A stretch of DNA of 64,000 nucleotides from Polyangia bacterium (GTDB lineage: Bacteria; Myxococcota_A; Polyangia; Polyangiales; Polyangiaceae). The first letter of the stretch is position 1. Each line of letters starts with the position of its first letter. The position numbers and the translations under genes are program-made. Under the pieces are notes generated by a model. It was given only the letters and a program-made list of their open reading frames with translations, did no database searches and was not told the DNA's origin. Location: NCBI GenBank assembly GCA_030426145.1, contig JAUHZF010000008.1, forward strand, positions 819-64,818, written 5' to 3'. Shown one piece after another: positions 44,707 through 54,203 of this stretch.

Positions 44707-46020
44707 TCAGCTGGTGCGAACACCAATGCCTTCGTACGTGAAGCCCTGGTTGGCCAACTTGTAAGTCGACCAGATGTTGCGGCCATCGAGGAGCAAAGGA
44801 CGGTTCATGCGAGCCTTGAGGCGATTGAAGTCCGGGTTCTGGTACATGCGCCACTCGGTGACGAGCACCAGCGCATCGGCCTTCTCGGCCGCCGCGTAGG
44901 CGTCTTCGTGGAGGGTGATCCGGTCACCGTAGACCGCACGCGCATGGTCCATCGCCTCGGGGTCGTGGGCGTGGACCTCGGCCCCTTCGGCGAGCAGCGC
45001 ATCGATGAGCTGCAGCGACGCCGACTCGCGGATGTCATCCGTACGCGGCTTGAAGGCGATGCCCCAGACGCAGACCTTCTTCCCGCGGAGGTCGCCATCG
45101 AAGTAGACGTGCTTGAGCTTACGGGCGAGCACACCCTTCTGCCGCTGATTGACCCGGTCGGTGGCGGCCGCGAGCTCGATCTCGACCCCGTGCTCACGTC
45201 CCGTGTGCACCAGGGCCACCACGTCCTTGGGGAAGCACGACCCGCCATAACCTGGCCCCGCGTAGAGGAACTTGGACCCGATGCGGAAGTCGCTGCCCAC
45301 CCCGCGGCGCACCGCGTGCACGTCGGCATCGACCTTCTCGCAGAGCGCTGCCACCTCGTTCATGAACGAGATCCGCATCGCCAGCATGGTGTTGGCCACG
45401 TACTTCGTGAGCTCCGCGCTGGTGGGGTTCATGAAGATGATCCGATCCTGGCCGAGGCTCACCGGGTGGTAGAGCCGGGCCATGATGTCGCGCGCGAAGT
45501 CGTCGTCGTCGTCGCAACCGATGACGATGCGATCCGGCTTCATGAAGTCGTTGATCGCGTCGCCCTCCTTGAGGAACTCCGGGTTGCTCACCACGTGAAT
45601 GCGGTGCTTGGCGTCCTTCACGATGCGCCGCACGCGCTCGTTGGTGCCCACCGGCACCGTGCTCTTGAGCACGAGCACCGTCTCCTGGGTCACGTTGGCG
45701 GCAACCGTCTCCGCCACCTTGTCGACGGCGGACAGGTCGGCCGCGCCGTCGCTTCGGGGCGGGGTGCCCACCGCGACGAAGATCACCTGGGACTCGGCCA
45801 TCGCCTTCGGCGGGTCGGCGGAGAACGAAAGACGACCGGCCGCGCGGTTCCGCTCCACCATGGTGTCGAGACCGGGCTCGAAGATGGGGATGTCCCCCTT
45901 CTCGAGGATGGCGACCTTGTCGGCGTCGATATCGGCACAAATGACGTCGTTGCCCGTCTCGGCGAAGCAAGCGCCGCTGACGAGACCGACGTAACCAGTT
46001 CCCACCATGCAGAGTTTCAT
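44707..46020 (-). CDS. ugd: UDP-glucose 6-dehydrogenase
   Basis: MVGTGYVGLVSGACFAE (Rossmann fold), GGSCFPKD (catalytic Cys), and typical length. Confidence 0.92.
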   Translation of the reverse strand: MKLCMVGTGYVGLVSGACFAETGNDVICADIDADKVAILEKGDIPIFEPGLDTMVERNRAAGRLSFSADPPKAMAESQVIFVAVGTPPRSDGAADLSAVDKVAETVAANVTQETVLVLKSTVPVGTNERVRRIVKDAKHRIHVVSNPEFLKEGDAINDFMKPDRIVIGCDDDDDFARDIMARLYHPVSLGQDRIIFMNPTSAELTKYVANTMLAMRISFMNEVAALCEKVDADVHAVRRGVGSDFRIGSKFLYAGPGYGGSCFPKDVVALVHTGREHGVEIELAAATDRVNQRQKGVLARKLKHVYFDGDLRGKKVCVWGIAFKPRTDDIRESASLQLIDALLAEGAEVHAHDPEAMDHARAVYGDRITLHEDAYAAAEKADALVLVTEWRMYQNPDFNRLKARMNRPLLLDGRNIWSTYKLANQGFTYEGIGVRTS

Positions 46021-46101
46021 GAGGGACCTGCCATAGCACGAACGACCGAGAAGAGGTGCTGGGCCCCCACTCGGTCGCTCGAATCGCGTGATTTCGTGTA
46101 G

Positions 46102-47379
46102 CTAGCTGCGCTCGGGGAGCGGCGGGCGGGAAGGTCGATCCCCACCGCCGGCCGCGCCGAGCCGGCCCGCCGTCTTGACCAGGTCGACCCCGGTCGCGGC
46201 CTTGAGCTGCTCGTTGAAGCGAATGGCCTTGCTCGCCATGCCCGCGCCGTCGCTCTCGTCGCCGAGCACGGTCCACTCCTGGATGCGCATCGGGCGCTCG
46301 GCGCCGCTGATCTGACTCAGCATCGGCATCAGCTGCTGCAGGACGAGGACCTCGCGCGCCGCGTCACCCGCGGAGCGGTACTCGTGCACCAGCTTCTCGA
46401 GCGCCTCGGCTTCGGCGCGACCACGCTCGATGATCCGGGCCGCTTTGGCGCGCGCGTCCTCTTCGAGCTTGCGCGCTTCGGCCACCCAGGGCTGGACCAC
46501 GTCCGCGTCGAGCTGCCGCTCCACCTGCACCGCGCGCTCGCGCTGACGGTTGATGTCCTCTTGGATCTTGGCGATCTCGGCCCGAACCTCACCTTCGGCG
46601 GTGGCGATCTTCGCCTCGCGACCGGTGACCGCGTCCTTCACGCGGCGCTCGGTCTCCTGCTTGGCGATGTTCAGGTTGGCGCGGATCTTCGCGAGCTCCG
46701 ACGCCGCCCAGTTCTCCGCCTTCTGGATCGCGGCCTGGCTCTTGGCGTGGGCCTCGGCCACGGACGCGTCTCGACGGATGTCGGCACCACGGATGCGGCC
46801 GATCGAGTTGAGGTAGTTGGCGTCGTCGGTGACGTTCTGGATCTTGAGGGTGTCGAGCACCAAACCCATGCGGACGAAGTCGTGCTCGGCCTCCTCGAGG
46901 AGCGTGTTGCCGAAGGCGATCTTGTCCTCGTTCACCTGCTCCGGCGTGAGCTGGGCGAGCACGCCGCGCACGTTGCCTTCGAGCGTCTCGCGGGCCACGG
47001 CCGCGATCTCGGCCCGGCTGCGCCCGAGGAAGCGCTCGACTGCGTTCGAGAGACGCGGCTCGGCGCCGGGGAGCTTCACGTGAGCCACCCCCTCCACGTT
47101 GAGGGGAATGCCGCCCTTGGAGAAGGCGTGGCGGACCACGATGTCGACCGGGATGTTCGACAGATCCATCCAGTCGACCCGCTCGATGAGGGGGATGCGC
47201 ACGGCCCGACCACCGCGAACGGCACGCCAGCCGACGGTTCGCTCACCGAGTCTGCGGCGCCGCCCGCTGAGCACGAGCACCTGGTTGGGCGTGGCGACGA
47301 AGAGGAGGTTTCGCAGCGTGTAGATGATCGACCCCACCACGACGGCGATGACGACCAGAATGACCATGAGGATTTCCAT
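46102..47379 (-). CDS. Flotillin / SPFH-domain protein
   Basis: N-terminal TM segment, SPFH core (GGIPLNVEGVAHVKL), and a long Ala/Glu-rich coiled-coil flotillin tail. Confidence 0.85.
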   Translation of the reverse strand: MEILMVILVVIAVVVGSIIYTLRNLLFVATPNQVLVLSGRRRRLGERTVGWRAVRGGRAVRIPLIERVDWMDLSNIPVDIVVRHAFSKGGIPLNVEGVAHVKLPGAEPRLSNAVERFLGRSRAEIAAVARETLEGNVRGVLAQLTPEQVNEDKIAFGNTLLEEAEHDFVRMGLVLDTLKIQNVTDDANYLNSIGRIRGADIRRDASVAEAHAKSQAAIQKAENWAASELAKIRANLNIAKQETERRVKDAVTGREAKIATAEGEVRAEIAKIQEDINRQRERAVQVERQLDADVVQPWVAEARKLEEDARAKAARIIERGRAEAEALEKLVHEYRSAGDAAREVLVLQQLMPMLSQISGAERPMRIQEWTVLGDESDGAGMASKAIRFNEQLKAATGVDLVKTAGRLGAAGGGDRPSRPPLPERS

Positions 47380-48797
47380 CAGGCCTGTCCTCCCTTGTGC
47401 TCGCGCCGCTGAGCCGACATCCGTTGGGTCGGCGGCGATGGTTCTTGGGTTCTGCGGTGCGGCTTCCGGACGTTGCCGTCCCCGTGGTCCATGGGGGCGA
47501 GCAGTCGCTCCAGATCGATCCCGAGCGCCTCACCCGTCTCGCGGAGCACGGCCGACACGGCGGCCGGGTAGCTCGAGAGCACCGCGCTGTAGGCCTTGTC
47601 GTCGCCCGCCACGAGTTTGATGTTACCGATCTCGCTCTTGGCCACACGGTCGGCCGCCGCCTCCGCCAGCCGTTGAAGCTGCTGCAGAACGTAGACGTCG
47701 CGACCCGCCGAGCCAGCCGCCGCCCACTTCTCGGAGACCATGCGCAGCGCTTCGGCCGCCGCCTTGCCGTTCTCGATGGCCGGCGCGGCTTCTCCCCGCG
47801 CCTTCAGCTCCTCCGCCTTGCGGCGCGCCTCCGCGGGCAAGACCACGTCGTTGTGCAGACGCAGCTTCTCGAGCTCGGCGCGAAGGGCCTGCAGCTGCTG
47901 CTCGGCACGGGCCCGTGCCGTCTCGGCCGCCATCTCGGCTTGGTTCTCGGCCTCGAGACAGCGCGCTTCGAGCTCGGCCATCTCGGCCTGGGTCGTGTTG
48001 GTCGCCTCGACGACGCGGGTCTGGGCCTGCTTCGTGGCGGTCTCGGCCCGCTCCCGCGCGGACGCGCTGGCCTCGGCCACAGCTTGGTTCGCGGCGTTCT
48101 CGGCATTCTCCGCGTCCCGCAGCATGCCGGCGATACGCGGACGGCCGAGGTTCGACAGGTACTCCTGGTCGTCGCTCACGTGCTGCACCTTGAGCACGTC
48201 GAGGTCGAGGCCGAGCTGGTGGAAATCGTCGCGCGCATTCTCCATCAGCGACTCGGCGAACTTGAGGCGGTCCTCGTTCACCTCCTCCGGCGTGAGCTGC
48301 GAGACGACCTCACGCAACACACCCTCCAGGGTCTGCTGCGCTGCGACCGCGATCTGCGACGGCGGAAAGTCGAGGAAGCGCTCGATGGCGTTGCGCACCG
48401 ACACGGGATCGGCCGACAGCTTCACATTCGCGATGGCGCGAACCGTGAGCGGGATGCCGCCCGCCGAGTAGGCGTTCTGCACCATGACCTCGACCGGAAA
48501 CAGCCGCATATCCATGCGCCGCACCACCTCGAGGAAGGGCATCCGGAAGCCTCGCCCGCCCTGTACGATCTTGTAGTTGCTCGTCGAACCGTCGGGCAGC
48601 TTGTGAGCCCGACCGCTGAAGACCAATATCTCGTTGGGTCCGCAAATGAACAGGAAGCGTCGGATGATCCCCACCAGGATGAGGAACCCGACGATGACCC
48701 CACCGGCCGAACCAAGTGTGCCCAGCAGTGCGTCCATGTCGGACGCCGAGGACATCAACAGTGGGGGCGCACTCCCCCCTAGCGCCACGTCGAACAT
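47379..48797 (-). CDS. Flotillin / SPFH-domain protein (paralog)
   Basis: SPFH core (GGIPLTVRAIANVKL) and an AE-rich coiled coil. TGATG overlap with the downstream paralog. The start could be an internal Met. Confidence 0.85.
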   Translation of the reverse strand: MFDVALGGSAPPLLMSSASDMDALLGTLGSAGGVIVGFLILVGIIRRFLFICGPNEILVFSGRAHKLPDGSTSNYKIVQGGRGFRMPFLEVVRRMDMRLFPVEVMVQNAYSAGGIPLTVRAIANVKLSADPVSVRNAIERFLDFPPSQIAVAAQQTLEGVLREVVSQLTPEEVNEDRLKFAESLMENARDDFHQLGLDLDVLKVQHVSDDQEYLSNLGRPRIAGMLRDAENAENAANQAVAEASASARERAETATKQAQTRVVEATNTTQAEMAELEARCLEAENQAEMAAETARARAEQQLQALRAELEKLRLHNDVVLPAEARRKAEELKARGEAAPAIENGKAAAEALRMVSEKWAAAGSAGRDVYVLQQLQRLAEAAADRVAKSEIGNIKLVAGDDKAYSAVLSSYPAAVSAVLRETGEALGIDLERLLAPMDHGDGNVRKPHRRTQEPSPPTQRMSAQRREHKGGQA

Positions 48798-48887
48798 CGC
48801 GGCAAAGGTTAACAGGTCGGCGTGCTACGCCAGCCGGATTCGACGTCGACCGTTACTTTGCGGTGCTCGACCGGCTGCGACGTCGTT

Positions 48888-49556
48888 CTAGGGGAGGGGC
48901 TCTTGGAGCTCTTTGGGGGCTCGGCTCACCATGGCCATCTCCCCCTCGACCTCTTCGATGATCACGTTCTCGCCGATGTCGATGCGAGGCCCCTTGGTGC
49001 GCGCCAGCAGATCGAAGGTCTGACCCGAGAGCTCGATGCGGACCTTGCCCAACCGCTCGGCGTGAGGCGGAACCACCACGCGGGCGACCTTCCCGACCGC
49101 GGCCCGCGTCGTATTCTCCACCGCCTGGCTCGCCGTGCGCTTCAGGGTGCGGAAGGCCATCGCGGCCATGAGGCCCGAGACCACCCCGAGCGCGCTCGCG
49201 GTGATCGCCGTCGCCGTGGGGCCCACCCCGGTGAGGTAGGTCAGCAGCGTGCCCCCGAGGCCGAAGCCGAGGCAGAAGAAGACCCAGAATCGAATCGACA
49301 GGAACAGCGTGGCGAGATCCGCCACCCCGCCGCTCACCCCGGTCGAGACGTCGTGATCGCCGTCCGCGTCCGCGTCGGCATCCGCATCGGCGTCGGCATC
49401 GAAGTCCGCGTCCGCGTCTGCGTCGAAGTCCAGGTCCTTGTCGAAGCCATCGACGTCGCCGTCGCCATCGACGTCGGCGTCCTTCGAGCCCATGACGGCC
49501 TGGATCATCACGATCCCCAGGCCCACGACGAGCGCGAAGAGGTACGCGTATCCCAT
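48888..49556 (-). CDS. NfeD-like membrane protein with an acidic (Asp-Ala)n loop
   Basis: Start MGYAYLFALVVGLG at 49556. TM segments, an OB-fold-like C-terminus (GKVRIELSGQTFDLLART), and the loop DFDADADADFDADADADADADADGD. It lies upstream of the flotillins, as in NfeD-flotillin operons. Confidence 0.7.
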   Translation of the reverse strand: MGYAYLFALVVGLGIVMIQAVMGSKDADVDGDGDVDGFDKDLDFDADADADFDADADADADADADGDHDVSTGVSGGVADLATLFLSIRFWVFFCLGFGLGGTLLTYLTGVGPTATAITASALGVVSGLMAAMAFRTLKRTASQAVENTTRAAVGKVARVVVPPHAERLGKVRIELSGQTFDLLARTKGPRIDIGENVIIEEVEGEMAMVSRAPKELQEPLP

Positions 49557-49586
49557 CTGGGGCAATGGTACACCGATCGCTCCGAC

Positions 49587-50393
49587 ATGCCCGAGCTCCC
49601 CGAGGTCGAAACGGTTCGGCGTGAGCTGGCCGCCTGGCTGCCCGGCCGCACCATCCGGCGTGCCACGCGCGTAGATGCCCCAGCAGGCCCCAAATACCGC
49701 CACCTCGAGCGAGCCTCGGGCCAGGCCATCGCCTCCGTCGTACGCCGGGGAAAGTTCATTCTCCTCGGCCTCTCGGGCGGCGACGAGCTCGTCGTGCACC
49801 TCGGCATGACGGGCCAGATCCACCGCGAGCGTCCAGCGACCCACGTTCGGGCCCACCTTCGACTCGACCGAGGCGACCTCTTTTTTCGCGACATCCGCCG
49901 CTTCGGGCGCTTCCTCGTCGTGCGTGCTGGGGACTACGGCGTGCTGCCGACCCTGAAGCACCTCGGCCCCGAGCCTCTCGACCCCAACGACTTCACGCTC
50001 GAGCGCTTCGCCAGTCTGCTCGAGGGTCGCCGCACCACCATCAAGGCCGCGATCATGAGCCAGCGTCCGGTCGCGGGTGTTGGCAACATCTACACCGACG
50101 AGTCCCTCTGGCAGGCTGCCATCGATCCGCGCGCCGAGGCCGGTCGCCTCGGCCCCAAGCGTCTCGAGCGGCTCCGGGTCGCCATCGTCGAGATCCTCGA
50201 CCGAAGTGTGGCCGCCGGGGGCACCACCCTGCGCGACTACCAGAACGTGGCCGGCGAAAGCGGCGCCTTCGTCGCGCAACTGAAGGTCTACGGCCGAGAG
50301 GGCGAGCCCTGCCTCCGCTGCACGCGGGCGATCCGGCGCATCGTCGTCGCCCAACGCGGCACGTGGTTCTGCCCCGGCTGCCAGCGACGCTGA
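49587..50393 (+). CDS. mutM: Formamidopyrimidine-DNA glycosylase
   Basis: MPELPEVETVRRELA N-terminus, GNIYTDESLW, and a C-terminal zinc finger CLRCTRAIRRIVVAQRGTWFCPGCQ. Confidence 0.92.
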   Translation: MPELPEVETVRRELAAWLPGRTIRRATRVDAPAGPKYRHLERASGQAIASVVRRGKFILLGLSGGDELVVHLGMTGQIHRERPATHVRAHLRLDRGDLFFRDIRRFGRFLVVRAGDYGVLPTLKHLGPEPLDPNDFTLERFASLLEGRRTTIKAAIMSQRPVAGVGNIYTDESLWQAAIDPRAEAGRLGPKRLERLRVAIVEILDRSVAAGGTTLRDYQNVAGESGAFVAQLKVYGREGEPCLRCTRAIRRIVVAQRGTWFCPGCQRR

Positions 50394-50394
50394 G

Positions 50395-51477
50395 CTACTT
50401 CGACGCCTTCTTCTTCTCGGGCGGGATGTCGAAGCAGCAGCGAAAGCCGAGGTGGTAATTGACGTGCCAGGCCTTCTGCATCGACTGCACGTGCCACCGC
50501 GGATCGTGGCGACAGATGTCGATGTAGGTCTCCTTCTCGCGGGGCGCGTCATGCCGTCGGTGCACGTCGACATAGAAGAAGGCGCTCCCCTTGAGCTGGC
50601 TGACTCGCTCGCCCTCCTCGTGGTCGTAGCGGGTCATGGCCTCGGCCACGTTGCCGTGTTGGTCGTAGACGCCAAAGCGGGACCGGCACTGTGGGAAGCT
50701 CCCGCTCGGCTCCGTGTGGGTGCCGCAGGTCTCCCACGCCGACTTCACGGTGCGCGCATCACAGGGCGGGTCGTTGAGGTCCTTGGCGTGTTTGTTGGTG
50801 TTGCAGATCTCGAGATCGAGGTCGTCGCCGTAGGCGTAGCGACGCGGCTCGCCACCTCCCGGATCTCCGTCGCAAGCCCGCATCCACTCGTCCTGCCGAC
50901 AGAGCCGCTTGCCGAGCTTCTTGCACACCTGATGGGCCTGGGTCGCCCCCGACCAGACCACCGGGAGCTCGCACGGCCGGTTGGGAAACTCGAACTGGTC
51001 GATGCAGAAGCGCGCCTTCGTAGGATCGCCATCCGGATGGATCGGCACCATGTAGTCGTGTCCCCCGCACCGGTCCTTCTGCTCCGCGGTCTGGATCTCG
51101 ACCCCCTGCAGGCCGCGCCAGCACTGCTCGCGGGAGATCTGATGGGTCGCGATCTCAGGGTTGCCCTGGTTCATCTTGGCCGCTTTGCCCGGCTCGAAGT
51201 GAAAGGTGAAGAAGGCCTCGTCCTTCTCCGCCACGGGGGGAAGGAGCGCCAAGAGTTGCTCCCGCGTCTCGGCGATGGGCGGGCGCTCGAGGTCGACCCA
51301 GCCCGGCAGCTTCAGCGGCGCCGGGGCGGCCGTTGCCGTCGTCGTCGCACTAGCGCTCGCGGTCGCGGAAACGGATGCGGAGACCGTGGCCGTGCTCACC
51401 GGCGTCGGCTCCTGCTTTGGACTCGCTTCGGAGGAGCAAGCGACTACGAAGACAAGCGCCCACCCACGGCCGCCCAC
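50395..51477 (-). CDS. FGE-sulfatase / SUMF1-family domain lipoprotein
   Basis: GTG start at 51477 gives (M)GGRGWALVFVVAC. RFCIDQFEFPN, ATQAHQVCKKLGKRLC, HGNVAEAM, and a C-terminal LGFRCC. Confidence 0.72.
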   Translation of the reverse strand: MGGRGWALVFVVACSSEASPKQEPTPVSTATVSASVSATASASATTTATAAPAPLKLPGWVDLERPPIAETREQLLALLPPVAEKDEAFFTFHFEPGKAAKMNQGNPEIATHQISREQCWRGLQGVEIQTAEQKDRCGGHDYMVPIHPDGDPTKARFCIDQFEFPNRPCELPVVWSGATQAHQVCKKLGKRLCRQDEWMRACDGDPGGGEPRRYAYGDDLDLEICNTNKHAKDLNDPPCDARTVKSAWETCGTHTEPSGSFPQCRSRFGVYDQHGNVAEAMTRYDHEEGERVSQLKGSAFFYVDVHRRHDAPREKETYIDICRHDPRWHVQSMQKAWHVNYHLGFRCCFDIPPEKKKASK

Positions 51478-52310
51478 GCTTCGGTGCGCAGGGTCGACGG
51501 ATCCCGCAGGTCGAGGAAATCGCCGAGAATGCGGAGCAGGGGCTCGCGGTCTTCGGGCAGCCTCGCTTCGAGGGGCAGCGGGTCGTGGGCGGAGAAGAGA
51601 CACGTCGACAGCTCGCTCTCGTCGATGATCGTATACAGCTCCTCGAGCAACTCGAAGGCCTCGCTGAGGCCCGGCAGCGGCGTATGCGGGGAGGTGCTCG
51701 CCGTCAACGCGATGAGCCGCGCCGGATCCATCGCGGTCAGGAGGCGCGCCGTCTCGCGGACCACGCGGTCACCGTACCCGAGGGTGACCGTAACCGCGTG
51801 ACAGATGTCGGCCGCACGAAGCTTGCCGGCGCCGTCGACGTGGGTCTGCCGAGATCGGGCGGTCCTGCCCTCCTCGGCTTCGAGCCGGTGGTAGACGGTG
51901 GCCAGCCCGAGCGCATGCAACTGCTTCAGCTCGGCGAGAGACTTGGTCTCGACCCCGTTCGCGTCACCGTACATGCCCACCCGCGTGATCCACGGCAGGC
52001 GCACACGGATCGCGATGAGGATTTGGGCGAGCGCGTGCGCCGACATCGTGATGGCCGCGGCATCGCACAAGAAGACGGTGGAGAAGGCAGGCCCGAGCTT
52101 GGCCGCAACGATGAGCTCGCCGTCGATCCGGGCCATCGACTTGGTGACCACATCACCGCCCATCACCTGCAACAGCAGGCTACGCGCTTCGCCCGGGGGG
52201 CGAATGATGGGCCCCGTGTACTGCACGACGAGAAGGTAACGCCCGCCCGGAGCAACCACGAGGCACGGCGGCGAGATGTGACAAATCTCGCGTACGCGGA
52301 CTACCCACAC
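51444..52310 (-). CDS. Radical-SAM-like protein lacking the CxxxCxxC cluster motif (possible pseudoenzyme or decaying gene)
   Basis: TVFLCDAAAITM..., WITRVGMYGDANGVETKSLAELKQLHALGLATVYHRLEAEEG resembles radical-SAM core blocks. The expected GC..C..C segment reads QYTGPIIRPPGEA. Its codons end in A/T more often than those of its neighbours. The start is uncertain (GTG 52310, ATG 52163). Confidence 0.4.
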   Translation of the reverse strand: MWVVRVREICHISPPCLVVAPGGRYLLVVQYTGPIIRPPGEARSLLLQVMGGDVVTKSMARIDGELIVAAKLGPAFSTVFLCDAAAITMSAHALAQILIAIRVRLPWITRVGMYGDANGVETKSLAELKQLHALGLATVYHRLEAEEGRTARSRQTHVDGAGKLRAADICHAVTVTLGYGDRVVRETARLLTAMDPARLIALTASTSPHTPLPGLSEAFELLEELYTIIDESELSTCLFSAHDPLPLEARLPEDREPLLRILGDFLDLRDPSTLRTEAWAAVGGRLSS

Positions 52311-52354
52311 GTTCGACGCAGGCTCGACGGCCCACTCTCTTCGACCGCAACGGC

Positions 52355-52900
52355 TCAGCCGAACGCGGAGGGAAACAGGTCTCGGAAGCTCGGAGCCGCT
52401 TGGTCGCGGCCGCTGAGAATGGGGTCGCTCACGGGCCAGTCGACCCCCACGTCGGGGTCGTTCCACGAGAAGCCCTTCTCTTCGTCGGCATCGTAGAACG
52501 CGTTCACCTTGTACTCGACCTCGCAGTCGGTGAGGGCCACGTAGCCGTGGGCAAAGCCCACGGGAATGAAGACGGTGCGCATGGTCTCGTCGTCGAGCTC
52601 CCAGGCCTCCCACTTGCCGAAGGTCGGGGAGTCGGGGCGGATGTCGACGGCGACGTCCCAGATCTTGCCGGCGACCGCGCGTACGAGCTTGGCCTGGCCT
52701 GGACGGCGCTGAAAGTGGAGGCCGCGAAGCGTGCCCTGCGCCGAGCGGGCGTGGTTGTCCTGCACGAAGGTGGCGTCGATCCCCGCCTCGGCGAACCGCC
52801 GTTGGTTGTACGACTCGAGGAAGAACCCCCGCGCATCACGGAAGATCTTGGGCTCGATGATCTTGACGTCGGGGAGGATGGTGCCGGATTCGACCTTCAC
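52355..52900 (-). CDS. rfbC: dTDP-4-dehydrorhamnose 3,5-epimerase
   Basis: FRDARGFFLESYN, LRGLHFQ, KLVRAVAGKIWDVAVDIR, GFAHGY. Confidence 0.92.
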   Translation of the reverse strand: MKVESGTILPDVKIIEPKIFRDARGFFLESYNQRRFAEAGIDATFVQDNHARSAQGTLRGLHFQRRPGQAKLVRAVAGKIWDVAVDIRPDSPTFGKWEAWELDDETMRTVFIPVGFAHGYVALTDCEVEYKVNAFYDADEEKGFSWNDPDVGVDWPVSDPILSGRDQAAPSFRDLFPSAFG

Positions 52901-52919
52901 GAGCGGGAGTTTACCCCGT

Positions 52920-53717
52920 TCAGCTGGCGAGGGCGGACGGGGGCGTCATGGCTCGCACGAGGCGCGTCTTGAGCTTCTTCTTGGCCGACACCTCGAGCTT
53001 GCGCACCCACTCGCGGCTCACCCCCATCTCGGCGCCGAGGTCGGCGAGGGAAGGTCGCTCGTCGGCGGGGTCGAGCACGCGGGCTTCCACCACGTGTCGC
53101 TCACGTTCGAGAAGTGGCGCCTCTTCGACCACGCGACGCACCATCTCCGCCGCGCGCCGTTGTTCGACCATTTCGTCGGGGGTCACCGTCGCCGGACAGG
53201 CGAGCGCGTCGTCCAGTCCATCGAGGAAGGTATCGCCCTGCTGGAAACGTCGCAGCACGGCCTCGATGCGGTCGGGCTTGAGGTCGGTTCGGGCCGCGAT
53301 CTCTTCGCCCAGGGCGTGCTCGGGGACCCCGTCGTTGAGGGCGCGTACCCGTGCGCGGCGGATCCGCTCACGGTCGCGGAGGTCGCGATCGATGCCTCCC
53401 GGCACGATGGTGCTCGAGCGGCGCGCCGCACGCCCGATGAAGACCCGCACCCAATAGGAAGCGTAGGTCCAGAGCCGAACCCCACGGTCGGGGTCGAATC
53501 GATCGAGGGCATGGATGAGACCCATGTGCCCCTCCGCAACCCGGTCCTCGAGGGGGAGGTACCGGGCGCGGGCACGGCGCGCGAAGGCCTCGACCTGGCC
53601 CAGGTGGGCCACCACGAGCGCGTTACGAGCGGCGACGTCGCCGTGCTGGCGGTATCGACGGGCGAGCTCGCGCTCTTGCTCCGCCGTGAGCGCCACCTTG
53701 CGGCGAGCGCTGCTCAT
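52920..53717 (-). CDS. Sigma-70 family RNA polymerase sigma factor (group 3-like)
   Basis: Region 2: EGHMGLIHALDRFDPDRGVRLWTYASYWVR. Region 4 HTH: SLADLGAEMGVSREWVRKLE. Confidence 0.85.
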   Translation of the reverse strand: MSSARRKVALTAEQERELARRYRQHGDVAARNALVVAHLGQVEAFARRARARYLPLEDRVAEGHMGLIHALDRFDPDRGVRLWTYASYWVRVFIGRAARRSSTIVPGGIDRDLRDRERIRRARVRALNDGVPEHALGEEIAARTDLKPDRIEAVLRRFQQGDTFLDGLDDALACPATVTPDEMVEQRRAAEMVRRVVEEAPLLERERHVVEARVLDPADERPSLADLGAEMGVSREWVRKLEVSAKKKLKTRLVRAMTPPSALAS

Positions 53718-54028
53718 GACGCGTTGGCCTGCTTTCGGCTCGGCGGGTCGAGCAGAGACATGAGGAGCTCGCCCACGGTGTGGTTGGCCTCGAGCGGATG
53801 ACGGAGGGCCTTGTCGTTGTTGAGCCGGTAGTGGTTCCGGCGGCCCACCCGCTCCCGCTCGATGATCCCCCCACTCTCGAGCTCGGAGAGAATTCTTTGT
53901 ACCGCCCGCTCGGTGACGCCCACCGCGGCCGCTATGTCTCTCACACGAGCCGACGGGTCTCGAGCGAGTACGAGCGCCACGTGCCCGTGGTTAGAAAGAA
54001 AAGTCCAACGATGTTCGTCTTGTGACAC
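53714..54028 (-). CDS. Winged-helix (ArsR/MarR-like) transcriptional regulator
   Basis: RVRDIAAAVGVTERAVQRILSELESGGIIERERVGRRNHY is a classic HTH plus wing. ATGA overlap with the sigma factor gene. Confidence 0.75.
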   Translation of the reverse strand: MSQDEHRWTFLSNHGHVALVLARDPSARVRDIAAAVGVTERAVQRILSELESGGIIERERVGRRNHYRLNNDKALRHPLEANHTVGELLMSLLDPPSRKQANAS

Positions 54029-54203
54029 GTGCCAAATCCTAGCCTTAGGAACTACACCTGAAATCTAATTCATGCAAGAGAATTACCGCAACCGAATTCG
54101 CGGTGACGAATTCGCCAATTGTCCGTGCGGAAAACGATTACACGAAACAATTATGTGGCAACAGGTTTCCTGTAATTCATTTCGTGTTATGTAGTTCAGC
54201 CGG
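54029..54203. promoter_or_regulatory. AT-rich divergent control region between the wHTH-sigma operon and the type I secretion operon
   Basis: Visibly AT-rich against the GC-rich background. It contains two copies of the 8-bp perfect palindrome CGAATTCG (54093 and 54107, 14 bp apart) and two copies of TAATTCAT (54066 and 54173). Confidence 0.5.
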
